This document shows positions 1 to 4,793 of a stretch of DNA of 4,793 nt, piece by piece. Origin of the DNA: a virus (taxonomy: Duplodnaviria > Heunggongvirae > Uroviricota > Caudoviricetes); IMG/VR virus record IMGVR_UViG_2534682002_000009, positions 1 through 4,793 of that record; one strand, 5' to 3'. Positions within the stretch are counted from its first letter, which is position 1, and each line of letters starts with the position of its first letter. A program made the translations under genes and the position numbers. The notes beneath the pieces were generated by a model. It saw only the letters and a program-made list of their open reading frames with translations, was not told the DNA's origin and did not search any database.

Positions 1-668
1 TGAACCTGACCTTTTGCCCGGCGCAGCTCGCGGTTAGCCACATGCAGCGATGGTAAAATCAGCCCATCCGGATGCTTTCTGGTGAACAACGGCTGTGACT
101 GCACTGTGACCGCCACACTTTCAGTTTTTATTTCTTCCTGTGTCGTCGTTTCCTGGACTGGTAACGCAACACCTGTTGGCTGAGGAAAGGCTTTACCATC
201 GGTTTCCGCTACGGATGCAGCTTCCGGCTCTGCCGGTAAATCAGCGCCCGGTATGCAGTAACGAAATTTACCGTTCTGATTTACGCGTGCCAGGCGCCCC
301 GTTGCTGTTACGACCGCCAACGTGGAAGCAACCTTGCGAATGCTAACACCGAACTTATCCGCCAGTTCCTCACACGTTTTAGCCCCATCCTGACAGATAA
401 ACTCAATCATCATGTCCGCGGTAACTTTTTGTTCGACCTCCCCGGTCAGCACATCCGGTACTTCAGACTGTGCTGGCTGCTCTTCGGTTACCCCGGATTC
501 ACCTTCACCAGCCAGAAACCAGGTGTGACCCGTTTTATCAACAACGCCATTTTTTTTGAGTTCCCACAGTTCGTTGAGAACTTCTTCACGGCTGATATCA
601 AGCCGCGCCGCCAGTTCAACAGAATTGGCTTTACCCATCGCTTTCAGTGCATGCAATACGGTTTCCAT
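1..668 (-). CDS. Hypothetical prophage protein with two winged-helix-like repeats; 3' end runs off the window (about 222 codons visible)
   Basis: Not in the ORF track because no stop lies in the window. Minus-strand ATG at 668..666 is preceded by GGAGG with an 8-nt spacer, 29 nt downstream of the DnaC-like stop. My manual translation is open to position 3 with no stop and begins [43 protein letters not shown], with a second similar repeat ([43 protein letters not shown]). Family assignment not possible without a search. Confidence 0.55.
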   Translation of the reverse strand, partial: METVLHALKAMGKANSVELAARLDISREEVLNELWELKKNGVVDKTGHTWFLAGEGESGVTEEQPAQSEVPDVLTGEVEQKVTADMMIEFICQDGAKTCEELADKFGVSIRKVASTLAVVTATGRLARVNQNGKFRYCIPGADLPAEPEAASVAETDGKAFPQPTGVALPVQETTTQEEIKTESVAVTVQSQPLFTRKHPDGLILPSLHVANRELRRAKGQV

Positions 669-697
669 TAAAACTTCCTCCGGATAAAAATTACTTC

Positions 698-1438
698 TCA
701 GTTCCTGTGCTGGCTGACGTTCGGACGCCAGCTCTCCCAGTTAAACGTCACCCAGCGACCACCGTTCATGGACATGCGGTCCATCACCCGCTCGCCGAGA
801 AGTGTATTCATCGCTGCATGGTTAAGATTTGTCAGCATCCCCACACTGAGTAACGATGCCGTTCTGCGGTCAACAATCTGATTCAGCGTGACCTGCTCAT
901 TACGCGTATCCCGTTGCATGCCAATTTCATCCAGTACCAGCAGGTCAACGCCACACAATCCCTGCAAAAATTTTTCGCCCGAGTTTTTGTTGTCGTAGCT
1001 GCCATGTAACGCCAGCATCACATCCGCCACTGTTATCACAATCACACTGCGACCTTTCGCCAGAAGGTGGTTGCCAATAGCCGCCGCCAGGTGGTTTTTT
1101 CCTGTGCCAGGCCGGCCACTGAACACAAAATTCGTACAGCCGCCTTCCAGCTCTGCCGCAATGGATTTCGCCTGACTCAGGGCATGGCGCTGACCATCGT
1201 TCTGCACCCGGTAGTTACCGAACGTACACTTCCGGTGAAGCGGCTGGATACCGGAGCGGTTAATGATTTTTTCAACCCGCGTCTGATGATTCAGACGATT
1301 AACCTCCTCGCTTCGCTTACGCCCTTCAGCAAGCTGCCATTCCCGCCACTCCGTCACCGTACGGTACGGAGGGATTGCATCCTGCGGCACAAATCTGCTG
1401 ACTCTTGCCAGAACACCACCTGACGTAATGTTTTTCAT
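698..1438 (-). CDS. DnaC-like AAA+ replicative helicase loader (phage replication protein)
   Basis: 246-aa ORF with Walker A ([15 protein letters not shown]) and Walker B (LLVLDEIG) motifs. ATG at 1438, GGGGG Shine-Dalgarno about 9 nt upstream, 6 nt after the stop of the upstream O-like gene. Gene order initiator then loader is typical of lambdoid replication modules. Confidence 0.88.
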   Translation of the reverse strand: MKNITSGGVLARVSRFVPQDAIPPYRTVTEWREWQLAEGRKRSEEVNRLNHQTRVEKIINRSGIQPLHRKCTFGNYRVQNDGQRHALSQAKSIAAELEGGCTNFVFSGRPGTGKNHLAAAIGNHLLAKGRSVIVITVADVMLALHGSYDNKNSGEKFLQGLCGVDLLVLDEIGMQRDTRNEQVTLNQIVDRRTASLLSVGMLTNLNHAAMNTLLGERVMDRMSMNGGRWVTFNWESWRPNVSQHRN

Positions 1439-1444
1439 GATGCG

Positions 1445-2410
1445 CTACCCCCTGAAACCCGGCGGAATTTCGGTATCCGGTTCAGAAATATGATTCACGC
1501 AACGCTGCGCGGGACCACGCCACAGTCGAATAACCAGTTCATCCCATTTCTCACGGAGTTTTTCCGGGCTCTTGATGTTTTTTATCCAGAACGGATCCCG
1601 TTGTGCCCGGCTGAACATTTCGCAAATTTGTCTGTGACTTCTTCCATCCAGCATCCGCATTGTGCGCACGTCATTGGCCCACGCCGTCCAGTTGGGCTCT
1701 TTCGGTCGCGTGATCTCACCATCGTCACTGGCAGCCTGTTCGTACAGGTTTACAACCCGCCCCCAGATCCACTGCGCACATGTCAAATCCTCCCGGGTTC
1801 CCCACTGGCGTTTTTTCACGCTGAACACAACAGCATCAGGATGGCGGGTTAAAAACGCCTGTTCAGCCGTCAACTCGTCCGGTTGCGAAGCGTCCGGACA
1901 AGAGAGTTTTTTATTCTCTGTTGTATTCTCTGTTGTATTCTCTGTAGGATCATCGGGCCATTTTGACCTGATGACATTGGGCCGTTTTGAACCAATGGAA
2001 CGTTTCATTTTGACCTCTTCCATCGTGTCATTTTGACCTGATGGAGTGGCGCATTTTGACCCGATGGATTCGTTCACTTTGCCATCATCTAAAAGCGCGC
2101 TATCGTAGTTAATTGTGTAAAAATTAGTCATATCACGCTTCGATTTATTGAGCTTTTCGCTACGCAAAAGCCCCAGCGCTTTCAGACTTGCAAACGCACG
2201 CTTTAACGTTGACTCTGACCAGAACGGAAACTGTTCCAGCCATTGTTCCGTTGTGTTGTAAATCCAGCGAACGCCATCACATTCCATGCCGGAACTGGTA
2301 TCCCTCAACCAGTAATGCAGTTGCTGCAACACAATGGCTTCGTTTAAACCAATCTTCATCGCCAGCTGTGTGTTTATAACCAGCGGGCGTTCAGCAAAAA
2401 GAAGGCTCAT
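1445..2410 (-). CDS. Replication initiator, lambda O-like (origin-binding), with iterons inside the coding sequence
   Basis: Long minus-strand ORF directly upstream of the DnaC-like gene. It contains five ~23-bp-spaced iterons (1957-2067), which produce a repeated SIGSK peptide, and a 12-bp tandem repeat encoding TENTTENTTEN. Start is uncertain: the track begins at a GTG at 2452 (335 aa); I prefer the first ATG at 2410 (321 aa, MSLLFAERPLV...). Neither has a clear SD, and either overlaps the upstream gene (20 or 62 nt), suggesting translational coupling. Confidence 0.8.
   Translation of the reverse strand: MSLLFAERPLVINTQLAMKIGLNEAIVLQQLHYWLRDTSSGMECDGVRWIYNTTEQWLEQFPFWSESTLKRAFASLKALGLLRSEKLNKSKRDMTNFYTINYDSALLDDGKVNESIGSKCATPSGQNDTMEEVKMKRSIGSKRPNVIRSKWPDDPTENTTENTTENKKLSCPDASQPDELTAEQAFLTRHPDAVVFSVKKRQWGTREDLTCAQWIWGRVVNLYEQAASDDGEITRPKEPNWTAWANDVRTMRMLDGRSHRQICEMFSRAQRDPFWIKNIKSPEKLREKWDELVIRLWRGPAQRCVNHISEPDTEIPPGFRG
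1912..1947. repeat. Direct tandem repeat, about three copies of a 12-bp unit (ATTCTCTGTTGT); encodes TENTTENTTEN in the O-like protein
   Basis: Read directly: ttattctctgttgtattctctgttgtattctctgtagg. It is in frame within the minus-strand CDS and lies next to the iteron array. Confidence 0.85.
1957..2067. repeat. Iteron array, putative prophage replication origin (five copies of CATTTTGACCYGATGG-like repeat)
   Basis: Copies begin near 1959 (cattttgacctgatg), 1982 (ccgttttgaaccaatgg), 2006 (cattttgacctcttcc), 2029 (cattttgacctgatgg) and 2052 (cattttgacccgatgg), spaced 23-24 bp. They sit inside the initiator gene as in lambda ori, flanked by moderately AT-rich DNA at about 2090-2135. Confidence 0.75.
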
Positions 2411-2912
2411 AATTCCATCCGGCTTTTTGTTGGTACTGGTGACGATAGGCACGCTTGAAAGCGATTGCTTTTTCTATAAGCTCGTCTGTCTCACGTTCCA
2501 CAACAGCTGGATCTGCAAAAAGCAGCCCGGACTCCACCACATCGCCATATTCTTTGTTTAACCCGGCAATCATGTACGTAATGCTTTTTCCGTCAGTAAT
2601 TTCGCGGTACAACCTGAAATCACTAATCCGGATAGCCTCCATAATTGCCGGAATCAGCGCCGTGAATTTTTCACGCTTATCCCTGGTGTCGATAGCCTTC
2701 CAGCGTTCGAATATCTTCACCCGGTTAACGCCAAGCGCACGCTGATCAACCCCGCCATCATCAAGCGTGACACGCTGAACATCGATGTTCGGGCGTTCCT
2801 GTAGAGCCCAGAAGGCTTCAGTAATTAATATCGTCGCCTGCTCCTGCGTCATTCCTGGTCTGCATACCCAGGCATCCAGAGCCTCGCAAACCTGTTCAGG
2901 TGTGATTTTCAT
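2391..2912 (-). CDS. Hypothetical prophage early protein in the YdaT/CII position
   Basis: 173-aa ORF. Its ATG at 2912 overlaps the 3' end of the Cro-like gene by 17 nt and its 3' end overlaps the initiator start. It occupies the slot between cro and the replication genes. No motif recognisable by eye; function is inferred from position only. Confidence 0.65.
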   Translation of the reverse strand: MKITPEQVCEALDAWVCRPGMTQEQATILITEAFWALQERPNIDVQRVTLDDGGVDQRALGVNRVKIFERWKAIDTRDKREKFTALIPAIMEAIRISDFRLYREITDGKSITYMIAGLNKEYGDVVESGLLFADPAVVERETDELIEKAIAFKRAYRHQYQQKAGWNYEPSFC

Positions 2913-3174
2913 TGTTCACCGCCAGTAATTCATTCGCTGTACTCTTACGTCCACAAGGCAGGCCATCGGTTGGGTTAGGGTAAATATCTGGTCGGAGCTC
3001 GTGGGGGGTGACAGTCCACGCCATAATCTCACATAGTTGTAAAACCCTTGATGCAGGGACCTGTTGCCCATTAACCCATCGACATACAACCTGCTGTGGC
3101 AACCCAATCAAGCGAGCAACACCCGCTTGGGATAACCCTATTTGGCGAATTTTATTTTTTAAACATTTATGCAT
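2896..3174 (-). CDS. Cro/YdaS-like HTH DNA-binding protein (lytic-side regulator)
   Basis: Track ORF 2896..3210 trimmed to the internal ATG at 3174, which has a GGAG SD 8 nt upstream (minus strand ggagttagcgatATG). Predicted HTH is SQAGVARLIGLPQQVVCRWVNG. It is divergent from the repressor gene and first in the leftward operon. Confidence 0.8.
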   Translation of the reverse strand: MHKCLKNKIRQIGLSQAGVARLIGLPQQVVCRWVNGQQVPASRVLQLCEIMAWTVTPHELRPDIYPNPTDGLPCGRKSTANELLAVNNENHT

Positions 3175-3281
3175 ATCGCTAACTCCAATCAATCGACACC
3201 ACTTATACACTTTAAAAGTTACACTATCAACACTTTCAAGCTGATTGTGCTGGCTACACTTTTTTTGTGTAAAATGAATGC
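3175..3281. promoter_or_regulatory. Divergent immunity region (OR-like): candidate operators and back-to-back promoters
   Basis: Palindromic ACTTTAAAAGT at 3209-3219, and ACACT(TT) repeated at 3207, 3221, 3230 and 3256. Minus-strand candidate promoter TTGATA (plus 3225-3230), 17-bp spacer, TATAAG (plus 3202-3207), about 25-30 nt upstream of the Cro-like ATG. Plus-strand TAAAAT at 3270-3275 lies immediately before the repressor ATG at 3282. Confidence 0.55.
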
Positions 3282-3689
3282 ATGAAGCGAATGACCACTC
3301 TTGAAATAACCACGTACCGGATAAAACTGGTGCTGGAAAAAACAGGGCTTAAGCAAGCAGAACTAGCCCGCAGAATAGGTGTTGCCCAACAATCGGTCCA
3401 AAAGTGGGTTCATGGCATCACAAGCCCATCAATGGCTAATCTTGATAAACTTTCTGAAGTAACAGGATTCCCTCCATATTGGTTTATGTTGCCACCAAGT
3501 GAGGACGAACAGATTGTGGTACCTGACACAATGAAAATAGGTCCGAAGCAAAGAGAGCTACTTCAGACATTTGGTGCATTCCCAGAGGAAGAACAGGGAC
3601 AAATGCTTCAGGAGATGAAAGACAAAAAAGAGTTAATGGAGCGCACAATTGAAAGATGGCTCGCTGCCCGGAAAGGGCATCGAGCATAA
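3282..3689 (+). CDS. paaR: XRE/CI-like HTH transcriptional repressor (PaaR-like); candidate prophage repressor and TA regulator
   Basis: 135-aa ORF with N-terminal HTH (LKQAELARRIGVAQQSVQKWVHG) and no LexA-like peptidase domain. Divergent from the Cro-like gene and first gene of the regulator-antitoxin-toxin cassette. The symbol is from remembered similarity to the O157:H7 PaaR-PaaA-ParE systems and is unverified. An alternative ATG at 3291 is possible. Confidence 0.8.
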   Translation: MKRMTTLEITTYRIKLVLEKTGLKQAELARRIGVAQQSVQKWVHGITSPSMANLDKLSEVTGFPPYWFMLPPSEDEQIVVPDTMKIGPKQRELLQTFGAFPEEEQGQMLQEMKDKKELMERTIERWLAARKGHRA

Positions 3690-3718
3690 TGACCACCATA
3701 CACAGACGGAGGTGTGCC

Positions 3719-3907
3719 ATGAATACGGCCCTTTCACCAATGGTTTCTGAGTTCGAAACCATTGAACAAGAAAACAGTTACAACGAATGGCTGCGTGCGA
3801 AAGTAGCAGCGAGCCTTGCAAATCCGCGCCCAGCAATTCCCCATGACGAGGTTGAGCGCAGAATGGCAGAACGCTTTGCTAAAATGCGCAAGGAACGGAG
3901 TAAGTAG
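3719..3907 (+). CDS. paaA: Small antitoxin (PaaA-like), partner of the ParE toxin
   Basis: Track ORF 3656..3907 trimmed to the ATG at 3719, which has a GGAGG SD with about 8-nt spacing; this gives 62 aa (MNTALSPMVSEFETIEQENSYNEWLRAKVAASLANPRPAIPHDEVERRMAERFAKMRKERSK). The stop is 3 nt before the ParE ATG. Size, charged helical character and position are typical of ParE antitoxins. I recall PaaA2 as 63 aa with a very similar sequence, unverified. Confidence 0.75.
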   Translation: MNTALSPMVSEFETIEQENSYNEWLRAKVAASLANPRPAIPHDEVERRMAERFAKMRKERSK

Positions 3908-3910
3908 TAA

Positions 3911-4198
3911 ATGTTACCCGTGTTATGGCTTGAAAGCGCAGATACCGACCTAGATGATATAACTAGTTATATTGCTCGTTTCGACATAGATGCGGCAGAA
4001 CGCTTATGGCAGCGATTAAGGGGGTGTGTGCTGCCGTTATCCGAACACCCGTATTTATACCCACCAAGCGACAGAGTACCTGGCTTGCGTGAGATTGTAG
4101 CTCACCCTAACTATATAATTCTTTACCGTGTAGCCACTTTAAGCATTGAGATCGTGAGTGTAGTACACGCCAGACGCCAATTCCCCAAGCAGAACTAA
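3911..4198 (+). CDS. parE: ParE/RelE-superfamily type II toxin (plasmid-stabilisation ParE-like)
   Basis: 95-aa ORF. The N-terminal LPVLWLESADTDLDDITSYIA and C-terminal YRV...IEIVSVVHARRQFP regions look like ParE-family toxins. It directly follows the small antitoxin ORF, has GGAG about 10 nt upstream, and is followed by a terminator. Confidence 0.88.
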   Translation: MLPVLWLESADTDLDDITSYIARFDIDAAERLWQRLRGCVLPLSEHPYLYPPSDRVPGLREIVAHPNYIILYRVATLSIEIVSVVHARRQFPKQN

Positions 4199-4211
4199 CC
4201 CTTTCACAGGG

Positions 4212-4235
4212 CCGTCTCATCTCGAGGCGGTTTTT
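4212..4235 (+). terminator. Rho-independent terminator ending the repressor-antitoxin-toxin operon
   Basis: Stem 4212-4218 (ccgtctc) pairs with 4224-4230 (gaggcgg), 7 bp with one G-U pair, 5-nt loop, then TTTTT at 4231-4235, 14 nt after the ParE stop. Confidence 0.6.
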
Positions 4236-4250
4236 GTTGCTCACAACCTA

Positions 4251-4284
4251 ACTTTATAAGTGTTGACATAATAACTTTAAAAGT
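4251..4284 (+). promoter_or_regulatory. OL-like region: two copies of the ACTTTAWAAGT operator motif flanking a candidate rightward promoter
   Basis: ACTTTATAAGT at 4251-4261 and ACTTTAAAAGT at 4274-4284, centres 23 bp apart; the second is identical to the site at 3209-3219. Between them are TTGACA (4263-4268) and an overlapping TGaCATAAT (4264-4272) resembling an extended -10. Which element acts as the promoter is not resolved. Confidence 0.45.
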
Positions 4285-4469
4285 GCATCCTTGTTTCACC
4301 AACCCACCCCATTCAACAGAACGCAGGGCAATACTTCGAGTTACCCGGCAGTGGTCAGGGGTTAAGTAGCCAGCCCGAGGCGTATGAACATGACGGCGGG
4401 AACACTTTGTATAACAGCGCAGCAGGTTTTTAGTTCCGCGACCCGGCGTTAAGGGTAAATGAGGTCAAC

Positions 4470-4622
4470 ATGGATATGCTCAATCTTGGCAACAATGAAT
4501 CTCTGGTGTGCGGAGTATTCCCCAACCACGACGGCACGTTTACCGCGATGACGTATACCAGAAGTAAAACGTTTAAAACCGAAGCTGGCGCGCATCGCTG
4601 GTTAGCAAGAAACGCTAACTGA
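4470..4622 (+). CDS. Small hypothetical prophage protein (50 aa), first gene of the rightward early operon
   Basis: Absent from the ORF track. ATG at 4470 with GAGG SD 5 nt upstream; my translation is MDMLNLGNNESLVCGVFPNHDGTFTAMTYTRSKTFKTEAGAHRWLARNAN, stop TGA at 4620-4622. It is in the position of the small ydaF/ydaG-type genes next to racR in Rac-like prophages; that family resemblance is from memory only. Confidence 0.5.
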   Translation: MDMLNLGNNESLVCGVFPNHDGTFTAMTYTRSKTFKTEAGAHRWLARNAN

Positions 4623-4660
4623 TTAGCGCCAGTAAAAACAGGTTTCCACAGGTTAATTTA

Positions 4661-4676
4661 CCCTGAAAAGTCAGGG
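4661..4676 (+). other. Short hairpin, CCCTGA-AAAG-TCAGGG (boxB-like shape)
   Basis: 6-bp perfect stem with a 4-nt A-rich loop, 39 nt after the small ORF stop. No T-run follows on either strand, so it is not a canonical terminator. Confidence 0.35.
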
Positions 4677-4686
4677 CATAACACGA

Positions 4687-4750
4687 AAGCGCACGGCGAA
4701 GTTAGTCTCTCTGTATAGGTCGTCGTTAAATTTAATTCGACCGTGCGCTT
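4687..4750. repeat. Long imperfect inverted repeat (10-bp perfect arms AAGCGCACGG / CCGTGCGCTT, 44-bp spacer)
   Basis: Read directly: aagcgcacgg at 4687-4696 and ccgtgcgctt at 4741-4750. The arms extend with one bulge (cgaa / ttcga) to about 14 bp. No flanking T-run. Confidence 0.5.
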
Positions 4751-4793
4751 CTGGTTGTGGCAATCCGCGAAATGGCGCGGCGGTAAGTATGGC

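Noticed and set aside
140-853. Plus-strand track ORFs 140..346, 429..671 and 647..853
   Set aside because: They lie antisense to the minus-strand gene starting at 668 and to the 3' end of the DnaC-like gene, have no ribosome-binding sites and low-complexity translations. Judged to be shadow ORFs.
1067-2036. Plus-strand track ORFs 1067..1423, 1490..1852 and 1662..2036
   Set aside because: Antisense to the DnaC-like and O-like genes, which have strong motif and context support. The 1662..2036 frame simply reads through the iteron and tandem-repeat tract.
2090-2135. AT-rich stretch as a discrete DNA unwinding element
   Set aside because: Only moderately AT-rich and on the opposite side of the iterons compared with lambda ori. 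Mentioned in the origin finding but not annotated separately.
2411-2452. GTG start at 2452 for the O-like initiator (as in the ORF track)
   Set aside because: Not excluded, but it would overlap the upstream gene by 62 nt and lacks an SD. The first ATG at 2410 is preferred, with the true start left uncertain.
2188-2745. Plus-strand track ORFs 2188..2379, 2334..2561 and 2455..2745
   Set aside because: Antisense to the initiator and the 173-aa gene; no SD sequences; hydrophobic or low-complexity translations typical of out-of-frame reads.
3175-3210. N-terminal 12-codon extension of the Cro-like ORF (track start at 3210)
   Set aside because: The track start is inside the operator region with no SD, whereas the ATG at 3174 has GGAG 8 nt upstream.
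2916-3244. Track ORFs 2916..3107 (minus, alternate frame) and 3008..3244 (plus)
   Set aside because: They overlap the Cro-like gene, whose HTH motif and SD-ATG identify the real frame. The plus ORF would run across the operator region.
3656-3718. Upstream 21-codon extension of the antitoxin ORF (track start at 3656)
   Set aside because: It would overlap the 3' end of the repressor gene by 34 nt, while the internal ATG at 3719 has a near-ideal GGAGG at 8-nt spacing. The shorter 62-aa product is preferred.
3484-3836. Minus-strand track ORFs 3484..3762 and 3633..3836
   Set aside because: Antisense to the repressor and antitoxin genes, which form a coherent SD-coupled operon.
4263-4268. TTGACA as a stand-alone -35 hexamer of a strong sigma70 promoter
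   Set aside because: No good -10 hexamer lies 16-18 bp downstream (catcct or gcatcc). The overlapping TGaCATAAT extended -10-like element is an alternative, so the promoter call is kept tentative.

Overview
This window reads as the immunity and replication core of a lambdoid (Rac-like) prophage from an Escherichia-like enterobacterium. All calls come from reading the sequence and the ORF track by eye; no database search or HMM was run. Leftward genes (minus strand) are a Cro-like HTH protein, a 173-aa YdaT/CII-position protein, an O-like replication initiator with an iteron origin inside its coding sequence, a DnaC-like AAA+ helicase loader, and a 3'-truncated protein with two winged-helix-like repeats. 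Rightward from a divergent promoter/operator region (3175-3281) are a 135-aa HTH repressor, a 62-aa putative antitoxin and a ParE/RelE-family toxin, followed by a rho-independent terminator. This three-gene cassette resembles, from memory, the PaaR-PaaA-ParE three-component toxin-antitoxin systems described in E. coli O157:H7 prophages, so it is probably a known system rather than a new one. The interesting point is its position: it sits where lambda carries cI-rexAB, and an 11-bp palindromic motif (ACTTTAAAAGT) occurs both in the divergent region and in two copies downstream of the toxin, suggesting one repressor controls both. Several plus-strand ORFs in the track are antisense shadows of the minus-strand genes and are rejected.
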